Both the position numbers and the translations under genes were made by a program. 45,706 nt of DNA from UHGV virus genome UHGV-1374573; one strand, written 5' to 3'. This DNA comes from a virus. Positions within the stretch are counted from its first letter, which is position 1. Every line of letters starts with the position of its first letter. The notes beneath the pieces were generated by a model. It saw nothing but the letters and a program-made list of their open reading frames with translations, was not told the origin of the DNA and did not search any database. Of this stretch, positions 8,990 through 19,900 are shown in pieces.

Positions 8990-9417
8990 AAAATCAAAAC
9001 TCCAATTGCAACCAAGATGATTTGTATGATACCAACACTCAAATTAATGTAATAGGTCGTGAACATCTCTGCACCACTTACTGACAATAAACCGAAAAGT
9101 ATATGGATGAAACCACTTAAACTATTACCTAAAACGATGAATATAGCATATGCTTTACCATCTAAGAACATCGCTGCAATAAGAATGAATGAACCTATTA
9201 ACATAAACCAACCCATAGTCTGAATGTCAAAATAAAGACTTATTTTGGTATACAAAGGAGATATTTTTTCTAGTTCATCTACCGTTTTATCAATCCACTC
9301 TAAGCTTCTTATTCCACCTGTAACAGCTAACAATAAAAGTAAAAGGTTGGACATTAAGTCTGATGTGTTTATTTTCTTCAAGGTTAATACACCTACTTCA
9401 CTTAAAATAAAAACCAC
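8974..9417 (-). CDS. Multi-pass membrane protein, holin-like. The real start is probably the internal Met in MSNLLLLLLAVTGG
   Basis: 147-aa ORF with three or four predicted TM helices. Confidence 0.5.
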   Translation of the reverse strand: MVFILSEVGVLTLKKINTSDLMSNLLLLLLAVTGGIRSLEWIDKTVDELEKISPLYTKISLYFDIQTMGWFMLIGSFILIAAMFLDGKAYAIFIVLGNSLSGFIHILFGLLSVSGAEMFTTYYINLSVGIIQIILVAIGVLILCKKQ

Positions 9418-9420
9418 AAG

Positions 9421-9561
9421 TTATTTAACTTGCGGTTCGTAATCTTTACCTGTAGTTTCTTTAAATTGCTCCGGAGTAATCCAACCAACTCTAACAAACT
9501 TTTTGAAAGTTTCGTCAGTGTATAATTTCTTCTTATATAAATCGATTACTACTTTGTCCAT
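9421..9561 (-). CDS. XkdX-family small phage protein (46 aa). Absent from the ORF track because it is under 60 aa
   Basis: rc translation: MDKVVIDLYKKKLYTDETFKKFVRVGWITPEQFKETTGKDYEPQVK. GGGGGAAG RBS upstream. Exactly fills the gap between 9417 and 9563. Confidence 0.6.
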   Translation of the reverse strand: MDKVVIDLYKKKLYTDETFKKFVRVGWITPEQFKETTGKDYEPQVK

Positions 9562-9562
9562 A

Positions 9563-9922
9563 TTATGCTTCCCCCAATTTTTGATTTGCTTGTTCTTCAG
9601 TTATTAGTGCGATGTTCTGCTTCAAACTCATAACTTCTTCTTGTAAATCGACAACTAAGCTAGTTAATTTAGCTATAGCAATATCTTTGTCATCAACAGG
9701 AATTTCTACTTCAGGCAACATCTTTTCTAGCTCATCTTGGGTTTGTCCAACCCATTGTTTACCGTCATAATAGCAAGGTAAGATAATACCTTGAGGAGGT
9801 TTGTTCTCAGTCCATTTTTCATCAGGATAAACATATTCATCTTCTTCGTTTTTGTGAACAATAATTGCTTGTCCATTTTTCCATAAATAAACTACTTTCA
9901 TTTCATCACTCCGTCCATTCAT
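9563..9922 (-). CDS. Hypothetical tail or baseplate protein
   Basis: 119-aa ORF whose start overlaps the stop of the upstream RBP gene. Confidence 0.5.
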   Translation of the reverse strand: MNGRSDEMKVVYLWKNGQAIIVHKNEEDEYVYPDEKWTENKPPQGIILPCYYDGKQWVGQTQDELEKMLPEVEIPVDDKDIAIAKLTSLVVDLQEEVMSLKQNIALITEEQANQKLGEA

Positions 9923-11438
9923 ATTGACCGTAAATATAATCTGTATCAGTCCACGCTGATGGATCTACAGTAGCGTCAAAATTCACTGTTCCTGATGTGT
10001 TCAACGAAATACGTCCACTATTTTTGTTTCTAGGTGCACTTATTGAGAAAAACATTAAGTTTTTGACGAATTCTTTAGGTAAAAGTGCAATGGTCTGTCC
10101 ATGTTTAATCGTTGTAGCATTAATGCGTAACATTTTCTTAGTAACTCCATTTTGTGTAATTGTTCTGTACGCACTAGTGAAGCCACCCTTAGTAACTAAG
10201 TCGTTATGAGGTGATGCACTGTTCACTAGTTGTAAATCAATCCAACCAGTATCTACAACATCTGAACCGACACGTTCCCAACCACTCCAACTCTTATAAA
10301 ATCTTTTTTGGTAGATTACAGTTGAATTGTAAGGTTGGTATTGTATTAGAACTGCATCTCCATTTCTTTTATACTTTGTTAACCACCCATTATTATTTGT
10401 TCCAGTTGGGTTGTTCAAAGTAAGAACAACATATCTAGTTCCTATCGGTAAAGACATTAATTGTTCGTTATTATCGAAATCTATTTGTAGGTTAGCATCA
10501 TAAAAATTAGTACCATCATCATTTGTTAATTTAAATTTTTGCCAATCCTTTTCTGTAAACTTACTTTCTACATATTCAGGAGTAGTAAAGCCATCTCTTT
10601 CAAGGGTTTCATTAAATGTTTGTAGCTTTTCATCAATTGTTGTGTTAGCTTGATTAACATTTGAATTAAAAGCGTCCACATTGCTATCATAAATTTTTTG
10701 GAATGTATCTGAAGCTAAATCATAATCCGTCTTGATAGCGTCACGTTTAGCATCTATTTGTCTTAACGCTTCTTCTCTCTCTAAGTCAATGCTTTGGTTA
10801 GACGACAATAATGCGTCTGTAATTGAAACAATAGCATCTGCTTGAGCCTTGTTTATTTTAATGAGGTATTCTTCAGCTGTTTGCTTAATAGATTCAATCA
10901 ACGTTTGTGTATCGCCTATATCTTGCTTAAGTTGTTGCACTTTCTTTTCTAATTCCGAACGCAAATCATCAAACATGCGAATATAAGATACTTTAATGTC
11001 GCTTTCTATTTGATTGATAAGACTGTCGCGTACCGTGAATTTAAAAGTACCTAACACAACAGTGTCGTCTTTCCCTACGTTATTCACATCATTGAGTGAT
11101 AAGTAAATTTCACCCAACACTTCAGAATCGACAACATTTTTCAGAAACCATTGAGGTACCGTAATGCCTATTAATCCTTTCATTGGATCAATGAACTCTA
11201 CGTCTAATACACCCGATGTACTAGGTCGTTTTTCTTCTGTTCCGTTCGCAGCTTTAAAGAAAGCATAACCTTTAACGTTCTTATCGCTGATTAACAAAGG
11301 TTTGTTGTCTTTTTGTACTACAAATTGAAATTTAGCAGTATTTTTATCGAGATTATAAAAACCGATACCTCTATTAGATATCGGTTGTAAATATGGTTCT
11401 TCATTTAAATCAAGTTTACCTACTTTTTCTAATTCCAT
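9906..11438 (-). CDS. Baseplate upper protein / receptor-binding protein (BppU-like N-terminus, coiled-coil stalk, C-terminal head domain)
   Basis: 510 aa. MELEKVGKLDLNEEPYLQPISNRGIGFYNL resembles a BppU N-terminus. Long coiled-coil centre. Position is immediately downstream of the beta-helix protein in the baseplate cluster. Confidence 0.6.
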   Translation of the reverse strand: MELEKVGKLDLNEEPYLQPISNRGIGFYNLDKNTAKFQFVVQKDNKPLLISDKNVKGYAFFKAANGTEEKRPSTSGVLDVEFIDPMKGLIGITVPQWFLKNVVDSEVLGEIYLSLNDVNNVGKDDTVVLGTFKFTVRDSLINQIESDIKVSYIRMFDDLRSELEKKVQQLKQDIGDTQTLIESIKQTAEEYLIKINKAQADAIVSITDALLSSNQSIDLEREEALRQIDAKRDAIKTDYDLASDTFQKIYDSNVDAFNSNVNQANTTIDEKLQTFNETLERDGFTTPEYVESKFTEKDWQKFKLTNDDGTNFYDANLQIDFDNNEQLMSLPIGTRYVVLTLNNPTGTNNNGWLTKYKRNGDAVLIQYQPYNSTVIYQKRFYKSWSGWERVGSDVVDTGWIDLQLVNSASPHNDLVTKGGFTSAYRTITQNGVTKKMLRINATTIKHGQTIALLPKEFVKNLMFFSISAPRNKNSGRISLNTSGTVNFDATVDPSAWTDTDYIYGQYEWTE

Positions 11439-14104
11439 TATTTAGCACCCCACAATACTAATGCTATTGCACAGCCACGTTCTTCAGTGTATTCAGAAGT
11501 TATCTTCATGACTCTGCCTTTACCATTCACATTATCTTTATATCCTACACCTGCTCTACCGTTGATATAGTCGCCTGGTATAACGTCTTTCTCAATGTTT
11601 GTGTAGATTTGACCTAATAATCCGACTACATTCCATTCAGGTCTTTCTGAACGTGATTGATAATCGATTTTGTCGTTATATTCAGGGTTTTCTACTGGTA
11701 TGTCACGCCATTCGAAAGAAACGTTGCCCTCATCATCTACAAATTCAACTTGTTTTCTATTCGTGATAGTCACACCATATTCGTTTTTAAGAAATCTATC
11801 TTTGTGGTGGAACGTTTTTTCGTTCGCTACCAACGCGGCAGTTCCAGATATAACGCCAATTGGTGTGTCATTAGGTTGCGCTTTTCTTATCTTATCGCCG
11901 TCTAATGTAACGATAGTTCCTAAATCGATTGCTAATCCATTTTGTGACTCAAATAACTCTGCGATATCGGCACTATCTTGTTTAAGTTGACCGGCTAAAG
12001 TTAAGTTTCCTGAATAAGTGCTTAAATCAAATTTAATGTTAGATGTAGAAGCATTACCACTAGAACCATATCCAGCGACAACATGATAGTTACCAGGTGA
12101 CTTAACACGATTACTATTCATAATCAGTTGTGTATGGCCTTTTTTATCAGTTTCAGAATTAAGTGAATTGATAATACCGCTACGTGAACCATAAGATTTG
12201 GAGTTAGCACCAGAACCTAATACAAAGCTACGATTACTGTATGCTTTCGAACCACCTGTAGATGCAATAACTGCACTAGCGTTTGCTACACCAGCACTTC
12301 CTGTAGACGCTATACTAGCGCCGCCTTTTCCTACTGTAGGTGGTGTGTCGTACTTTTCTCCTGCTATCCATGCAGAAGTTGAATAATTATCAGCTGTGAC
12401 GCCGCTAATCATAGCGTGGTTATTTGTCAAACGTAATCCTATACCTGAACCATTGCCGTGTAAGTTACAATTAGTTATTTTAGTGTCGTATATTTTACTT
12501 CCAACACCGATACCGATATTGTTAGATGAATTCCAAATATTTATGTTATTTAGTGATACTCTAGACGGTCTATTATCTCCGCCAAATAATCTAATATCTA
12601 CTTCTGCATTTTTAAAGTTACGCACATTAATATTATTAAGCGAGATGTTTTCGGACATGAATTGGATGGCTATTGCTGGTTGTTTTTTATCTAGTTTTCC
12701 ACCTTCTAATTTTCCGAAATCACTATCACCTATAGCTGTAAAGTTATTTACAGAAACATTTCTATAAGCACTGATTAATAATGCTCTAGGTGTTGAGCCT
12801 GGATACACACCATTGTATTTAGGGTTTAAAGCTAAGCAATTATTTAGCACCACGTCATAAGCAGTCAAACTTTTATTGTCCGTTTTAGCTCTATGATGAC
12901 CGATGTGTCGAATGTTGTAAGCTCTTGTATCTTCGATTGATACGTGACCGTTAACGAATACGCCACTTGCAGCACTTGTGTTACTGTGTGCTTTGATTTC
13001 TAAACCACCGAAGTTACCTTTGGTTCTGTTGTTTGATAAGAACACATATTGTGAGCCATCGTCAATTTCTATACCATTGTTATTACTTCCACCTGTTGGT
13101 GTATGTGCATAACAATTAGAAATTGTAATGTAACGAGAGTGATGGGTAGTGATACCATCATCTCCGCAACCATATGCCTCACAATTATCAATATGAATAT
13201 GCTTACTTTCTAATGCGTAAGGCACTCTGTTTCCATCGCCTTCGTAGTAATAATTGTCATTTGCATATGTTACATCGATACAGTGTAGTAAAGCGTCATA
13301 TGATTTAACGTTATAGATATATCCATTAGTTACACCCGCAAATCTAATGTTAGATGAACGAGAGCCACCGGTAGCTTTAAGTGTTTTATTTTGTCTAAAC
13401 TTATTCCCATTGAACGAAAAACTTTCTAAAGAAATGTTTTCAGCTCCGCCACTCATTTTTAAGTTAGTGATACCTATGTTCTCTGCTGGTGTTTTATCCA
13501 TTAGCTTAATAGTAGTAATGTCTTTACCTTGTCCTACCAAACGAGAGTTGTTAGGCATTTTAATACCTGTTGTAAGGTAAGTACCGCCACTCATAGTTAC
13601 CTGTACATTGCCGTTACCTAATGCGTCTTGAAATGCCTTTGTACTGTCTTTTTGTCCTGTTGGATCTCCTCCGAAATCATCAACATTAACAATACGTTGT
13701 ATTTTCTTGGTTAAGTCGGCTCTTAGTTCTTCTCTAGCGTTACTTTCTCTTAAAAAGTCGTGATATAGACGTTGGTGTAAAGAATCGAAACTTTGAGCGT
13801 CCATTGATGTGTGACTTGCTCTTAATTCTTGTATTCCATCTCCATTATGTCCTAACACAAGATGTTCAATAAGTTCATCTTGATAATTTTCATGATTAGA
13901 TAATACAACATCTTTACCTTTTGTAGTTTTGTGTTTGATTTGATCAGTTGTATGCGCATTTTTTTGAGTGGTTAAATGCTCGTTAAAGCTATCATCACTT
14001 TTATTAGTCCAGTATTTTATTTGTTCGAAGTTATTCTCAAGTTGACTTACAAACTTTTGACTAAAGTACGAGTGAAGTTTCGTAATTAAGTTATCTAATT
14101 TCAA
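11438..14104 (-). CDS. Large tail fibre / baseplate protein with a pectate-lyase-like right-handed beta-helix (possible depolymerase)
   Basis: 888 aa. Many NxxG/N-rich beta-helix rungs (NNINIWNSSNNIGIGVG, ITNCNLHGNGSGIG). Sits between Tal and the RBP. Confidence 0.6.
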   Translation of the reverse strand: MKLDNLITKLHSYFSQKFVSQLENNFEQIKYWTNKSDDSFNEHLTTQKNAHTTDQIKHKTTKGKDVVLSNHENYQDELIEHLVLGHNGDGIQELRASHTSMDAQSFDSLHQRLYHDFLRESNAREELRADLTKKIQRIVNVDDFGGDPTGQKDSTKAFQDALGNGNVQVTMSGGTYLTTGIKMPNNSRLVGQGKDITTIKLMDKTPAENIGITNLKMSGGAENISLESFSFNGNKFRQNKTLKATGGSRSSNIRFAGVTNGYIYNVKSYDALLHCIDVTYANDNYYYEGDGNRVPYALESKHIHIDNCEAYGCGDDGITTHHSRYITISNCYAHTPTGGSNNNGIEIDDGSQYVFLSNNRTKGNFGGLEIKAHSNTSAASGVFVNGHVSIEDTRAYNIRHIGHHRAKTDNKSLTAYDVVLNNCLALNPKYNGVYPGSTPRALLISAYRNVSVNNFTAIGDSDFGKLEGGKLDKKQPAIAIQFMSENISLNNINVRNFKNAEVDIRLFGGDNRPSRVSLNNINIWNSSNNIGIGVGSKIYDTKITNCNLHGNGSGIGLRLTNNHAMISGVTADNYSTSAWIAGEKYDTPPTVGKGGASIASTGSAGVANASAVIASTGGSKAYSNRSFVLGSGANSKSYGSRSGIINSLNSETDKKGHTQLIMNSNRVKSPGNYHVVAGYGSSGNASTSNIKFDLSTYSGNLTLAGQLKQDSADIAELFESQNGLAIDLGTIVTLDGDKIRKAQPNDTPIGVISGTAALVANEKTFHHKDRFLKNEYGVTITNRKQVEFVDDEGNVSFEWRDIPVENPEYNDKIDYQSRSERPEWNVVGLLGQIYTNIEKDVIPGDYINGRAGVGYKDNVNGKGRVMKITSEYTEERGCAIALVLWGAK

Positions 14105-14118
14105 ATTTTTTGACCTCC

Positions 14119-15975
14119 TTAGCCATAAAAACCATAAAAGTTTTTAATCAATTCATACATAATGACCTCGTGCCCTTTTTCATTAGGGTGTACCCCGTCA
14201 GGCATACTCGATTTTCTGTACGAAGGTATATTGGGTTTGAATTGTGTTGAATGATAAGCGTCATACACAGGTATATCCAGTTCGTTACAAGCGTCTATTT
14301 GAACATCTACATAATCAGCTAAAGTATGACCTAAATCGTTCTTAGTAGTGTCTTTTCTTACGGTTTTGCCGTCTTTTATATAACATTGTTTAGTAGGTGT
14401 CATAACAATTATTTTAGAGTTAGGGTTATTACTCTTGATTTTAGTGATAGCACTATAAAAGGCACCGTAAAACGTTTTAGTATCCGTTTTATCAGTGCCT
14501 ATATTAATATCATTAGTCCAATCATCATCTGTACCTTGCACAATGATTAAATCAGATTTAATTTTGGTCGCTTGTTCATAAATGCTATTATCTTTGTTTG
14601 TGCTCATTGTCGCACCACTAACAGCTAAGTTTGTTGATTTAGCCTTTATCTTCTTAGCTAACATTTGAGTAAAGTTAGTTTTAGCACCAGTACCTTTAGC
14701 GACAGAATCTCCAATAGTACCTATTGTTTTAACTTTCCTAATCTTAGACTTAGGTGTAAAGTCGTGAACAATAGTACCGTTTGCAGTTGTAACACTCTTA
14801 GCATGCGCGCTTTCTAATCTTCTTTTTATTTCATCGGTTTTCTTCTGCAAATCTTGTGCAGTCTTAGTATTTGCGTTGTTTTGAGCTTGAATCATCCTTA
14901 AGTCTTTAGCTGGATCAGATTTGTTAGACTTAATAGCTTTAACATAATTTGCAGCAGTGTTTACTGCTTTCATGTATCTATCTTGTAATCTAAATTCCCC
15001 AAGCACTACGTCTTGTTTTATAATCTTGTTGTTAATATCTCGTTGTGTAGTGATTTCGATAATTCTAACAAACTCATTTAAACCTATTAAATCATCAATT
15101 ACATTCACAATATCCCCAACTCTAGGTACTGCTTCTTTAAAATGTTTTTGCAAAGAAATGAAATCTAGTGTTACAGATGTTTTTAAACTTTCTTGTATAA
15201 CTAACTCCATAGCTTTTTTCAGTGTATCCCCTTTAGTTATGCGTCCATCTATAACAGGTGGTGCATGGCGTTTGCCTATTAAGTCAGCTAAGGGGTGTGT
15301 ATACTCATATTGCAAGCTGGCTTCGTTGAAAGTTTGTTGCTCATCAAAGCCACCATAACCTCTGATGTATGTGTAACACTTAGAAGCATCTTCTTGGACT
15401 TTTACATTATTAGCATTGACACCTGCTTTAATGTAATAGTTAGCTTTTCTTTGAACAATATCATATAAATGAAATGTCTTTGTTTTGGCGTTATATTCAT
15501 ATTCTAAGTTATATCTTTCCAAACCTTTTTTGAATAATTCTAAATTGGTATCGTGGTTACCTAGATTTTCAAATTTGGAAGATGAAACCTTAGCGTGTAA
15601 TTCATACTTATAACCGGTATCTTTAAAAACTAAATCGAAGTAGCTTTTTCCTGTAAAACTACCGTTATATACTTCGTATACTCTTAAATTGTTTAGATCA
15701 TCTAATTCGACAGGACGCGCTTTGATTGTTAACTTTTCCTTTTGACCTACAGTTGTTTTGTCTAACATAACGATACGGTATTCGTTTAGGTCATCAGCAC
15801 CACCAACACCTGTAATCGTCCACATTTTAGTAATAGCCCCTATAGCGTCAAATGTAGCTTTGTTTTCTACCATTTCTATTTCTAAGGAGCCATCTTCATT
15901 TAATTTCTCGTTTAATTTTGTTTCTACAGGTAGGGATTGCCCAATGCCCTGTAACGTTTTTAATAATATTGGCAA
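14119..15975 (-). CDS. Tail-associated lysin / tip protein (Tal) with a C-terminal SGNH/GDSL hydrolase domain
   Basis: 618 aa. N-terminal prophage tail endopeptidase-like region. C-terminal GDS(V) block (TIGTIGDSVAKG) and DGVHPN (DxxH) catalytic block. Follows Dit. Confidence 0.7.
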   Translation of the reverse strand: MPILLKTLQGIGQSLPVETKLNEKLNEDGSLEIEMVENKATFDAIGAITKMWTITGVGGADDLNEYRIVMLDKTTVGQKEKLTIKARPVELDDLNNLRVYEVYNGSFTGKSYFDLVFKDTGYKYELHAKVSSSKFENLGNHDTNLELFKKGLERYNLEYEYNAKTKTFHLYDIVQRKANYYIKAGVNANNVKVQEDASKCYTYIRGYGGFDEQQTFNEASLQYEYTHPLADLIGKRHAPPVIDGRITKGDTLKKAMELVIQESLKTSVTLDFISLQKHFKEAVPRVGDIVNVIDDLIGLNEFVRIIEITTQRDINNKIIKQDVVLGEFRLQDRYMKAVNTAANYVKAIKSNKSDPAKDLRMIQAQNNANTKTAQDLQKKTDEIKRRLESAHAKSVTTANGTIVHDFTPKSKIRKVKTIGTIGDSVAKGTGAKTNFTQMLAKKIKAKSTNLAVSGATMSTNKDNSIYEQATKIKSDLIIVQGTDDDWTNDINIGTDKTDTKTFYGAFYSAITKIKSNNPNSKIIVMTPTKQCYIKDGKTVRKDTTKNDLGHTLADYVDVQIDACNELDIPVYDAYHSTQFKPNIPSYRKSSMPDGVHPNEKGHEVIMYELIKNFYGFYG

Positions 15976-15988
15976 TTAAGCAACCTCC

Positions 15989-16927
15989 TTACAAGTAATA
16001 TCTTTTATGTTTAAACGTAATTTTTTGAAGTTTCTTAGTAGTATGGAAGGTATTCCAACCAGGCATTAATACAGGTTGTTGTTTTGTCTTGTTGTAATCA
16101 TCAATGCGTAAGTTATTACGATATACATGAATGCCGTCAAATTTGATAACATCACCTGCTTTCAACTCTAAACCACTTATTTTCATAATGTCGCTATGTG
16201 TCATGTAGAAGTTGAAACCGTCACTATCTTTTTTGCTAACGTTTTCTCCTAGAACCATTTCTACAACACTATCTTGGTTGAATTGGTTAATTTCAGCTGT
16301 ACCACCGTAATATACATCGCCCACTTTAGTGTCATAGAATGTGTATCTACGTTCTTTATGAGATGTATTGAACGGGTTTTTGTCTGGAATACCCCATTTA
16401 TTCAAGTTACCACTCTCTTTTTCTAAATCTGTACTATACCCAATACTCTCAAAGTATGGTAATTCAATCGTTTCGAAATCTAGTGTGAATTCACCTGACG
16501 TTTTAGTAGTATCGAATGACACTTCATTAACTAAGCCAACAAGTATCTGCCTGCCGTCAACATATTCTAGTTCAAAAGATTGTTCCTTAGGTTCGAATAT
16601 ATTCTCGAATTTAATTTCACTTTCAGACGCTGCTAATTCTCTAAGATAAAAATGACCTCTGAGCATAGCTTGTATGTTCGCTTTTAAATGAGAAGCATAA
16701 GCTATCTTTTCTACATCGTATCTAACCGTCATAGATATACTTTTCTTTTCTTCTTTAGTAGCATTATGAAATCTACCGTTAACACGATCAATTTCATCAA
16801 ACTTTCGGTCATAGCCTGCACCTTTAACATCGTAAGAAACAACTCTCAACGCAGTACCAGTGAAGCGATTGTCACTGATACGCAAACGTTCTTTATTTTT
16901 GTAAACTTCAACATCATGTAATATCAA
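15989..16927 (-). CDS. Distal tail protein (Dit)
   Basis: 312-aa ORF immediately after the tape measure protein, the canonical Dit position. Confidence 0.65.
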   Translation of the reverse strand: MILHDVEVYKNKERLRISDNRFTGTALRVVSYDVKGAGYDRKFDEIDRVNGRFHNATKEEKKSISMTVRYDVEKIAYASHLKANIQAMLRGHFYLRELAASESEIKFENIFEPKEQSFELEYVDGRQILVGLVNEVSFDTTKTSGEFTLDFETIELPYFESIGYSTDLEKESGNLNKWGIPDKNPFNTSHKERRYTFYDTKVGDVYYGGTAEINQFNQDSVVEMVLGENVSKKDSDGFNFYMTHSDIMKISGLELKAGDVIKFDGIHVYRNNLRIDDYNKTKQQPVLMPGWNTFHTTKKLQKITFKHKRYYL

Positions 16928-16942
16928 TTAACAATCACTCCT

Positions 16943-19900
16943 TTAAAATAATCCGAAACTTGCGTCTTTTGAGTTGGAATCTTCAATGTATGATTTAATA
17001 GCTGGTATATCTGACTCGTTGCGAACAGTCACATTAACGATAGGTTTATTGTTCTCTTGCATGCTATGGCGCACGTCTTTACTCATATGCGCGTTCACAT
17101 CGCTATTTAATCCACCTGTTAAGTCTGATGTTAAATCAGTGTTTAAATCAGGGCTAAATGCGTTAGTTACATCTTTCGCTAAACGACGACTGGCATTAAT
17201 AGCACTATTGCTTTGTTCCATAATACCAATACCTAAACCTTGAGAAATGTATCCACCTATGCCTCTGAATACACGTGAAGGTGAGTGAATACCTAGTACA
17301 TTTTTAGCTGCACTAACTGCTTTTTTAGCAATGTTTGCGGCAGCATTTATAACTCTACTTGCGCCATTCGCAATACCTCGTGCAATACCTGAAGCAATAT
17401 GCAATCCTGCAGATACCATTTTTCCGAAGAAACTTCTGACTTTGGAAACAGCTTTACCCATACCAGAAGCCACTTGTGATACAACTCTAACAAAACCACT
17501 AACCACGCCTTGAACAAATCTACTCATCGCAGAAATGATACTTGAAACCCAACGAGCACCACCAGAAATGATGCGACTTAATGCTTGCATCATTTTTTGA
17601 GCAACAGTTGAAACTACACGTGAAAACCAACTTGATACTGTATTCCATATTCTAGTAACTGCACCTGAAATCGCAGACCAAATTTGGTTCCAACTTGTAA
17701 TATTAGTACCAAGTATTCTGTTCAAAACATTGAATATGAAGTTAGAAATTTGGCCCCAAATTGACAATATGGTATTCCAAATCGTAGTCATTACATTAGA
17801 AATCGTAGTTTGTAAAGTTTGCCAAGCGCCAGAAAAATCTCCGGTAAGGAGCTGTATTAATGCAGTAAACAAACCGAAAATCAATTGCGTAGCAGCTTGT
17901 AGTATTCCACCTATCGCAGTGAATACTACTGAAATCACAGTCCAAAGAGATTGGAAAGCAGTTACTAAACCATTGATAAGGCTGATGAATAAGAAGCCGA
18001 GAACTTGGTTTGCAACTTGTCCTAACATTTGTAAGATAGGCATAATTGGTTGGAGCGTTTGTTCGATAGACGCTCTGAACTGATTAAACCAGTTAATCAC
18101 TGTTTTTACAGCGTTCATTATCGTATCTTTAATCGTGTTCCAAGCTTCAACGCAAGTTTTTCTGAAATTCTCATTTGTTTTCCATAACCAAACAATAATA
18201 CCTATCAAAGCAACGATAACGCCTATGATAGCCAATACAGGCCATGAAATCGCACCTATAGCTACACCTAATGCTTCGAACGCTCCACTTAACATAGGTA
18301 AGATGCGCATAATTGTACTAATAGGGCTCATAAGAAGTCTAAAAGCAATTTTGACTAGGTTTAATGCACTTCTAAGTATTTGAGTGTTTCTAGCAAAAGT
18401 TAACATTTTACCGATAGCTTGAATTAAAGTTACACCAAACACGTTAGATAACATGGTACTTACTGCAATGATTGGTGCTAGTAAAGCCCACAACATACCA
18501 CCAAGTATCATACCTATACCAACCATTCGAGCTATAGCAGGGTGTGTTTCGAACAACTTAGCGATGAAACCAGCTAATGCTGTTACTACTTTTAATATCA
18601 CACTTGCTATTGGTGCCATTGCAGTACCGAAAGCAACCAATACTCTTACAATATTACCGATTAGATCCATAATGACTGGACCATTCTCTTGTACATATTG
18701 AACAAACTTTTTAAACCCTTCAGATTTACCAACTTGTTCAGACCATTCTCTAAACTTAGCAGTCATTTTAACTAACCAATCAAAGATATTAGAACTGTTT
18801 TGAGCAAATGCTTTCATCAAGTTACCAATACCCATGAATACATTGCCGAATATTTGACCTATTTTAGGTAAATTAGTTTTAGTGTATTCAATAAATGATT
18901 TAATAGCGTTCTGACCTGCTACACTGTTAGCCCAGTTTTGGAACTTTTTACCTAGATTATCTAAGCCTTTAGCAGTCCATAAGAACAATGGACCTAACTG
19001 TGTGAACACATTGATAAGTCCGTCACCAAAGCGTCCTGCAGCACTTAATAATGTGTTAAACGTCTTAACGCCTGTTGTATTCATCATATTAAAGAACTTG
19101 CTAGCAGTTTGACTGTTTTGAGCCCATTTTAAGACACTCTGTGATGCTTGTTCCATTCCTTTAGAGATACCTGCCAAGAATGGTTTCATACGTCCTAAAG
19201 CTACGTTAACTGTATCTAAAGCATTAGATAGCGTGTTGAATATCTGTGCTTGATTTTGCTTGATGATGCCTTCCCAAGTTGACTTAACTTGTTCTAAAGA
19301 TGCTTGATATCTTCTTGTTTGTGCAGTGGCTTGTAATGTTCCGTCGTTCAACATTTTAATTGCACTTACTGCCATAGCACCAAATGCAAACGCACCACTT
19401 GCAGCAATACCAAATGCACCTGCTACACCTAATGCACCACCAGCAACTACACCTAATGCGTTAGCTACTGCCATAATGGCGGGTACTAAACCAGCTATAA
19501 TAGGGATAAGACCTTGAAAGCTTGCGATTAGCAAACCTTTTATTTGTTGTCCAAATACAGTACCGAATGTTCTAATCTTAGTTGCTAAACGGTCCATTTT
19601 GTCGCCGTACTCATCTAAAGACTGACCTAAAGCTCTAGTTAATACTTGAGCTCTTGTCATTCCTCTTGTATCAAAGTTAACCTTTACTGTTTTGTCATGT
19701 AAGGTTGCCAACATAGCTTTAGCACCTAATACTGAACGTTTTAAGGGGTTATTGTTCCCTTTGATATCTACTTCTTTATCTCTTAATTGCTGTAATTTCT
19801 CTTTAACTACTGCAATTGCTCGTTTGATAGGGTTGTTGTTACCGTCTATTTCAACGGTGTGTTCACGCCAACGTTGAGCCATTGCTTTTGCAGTGTTTAA

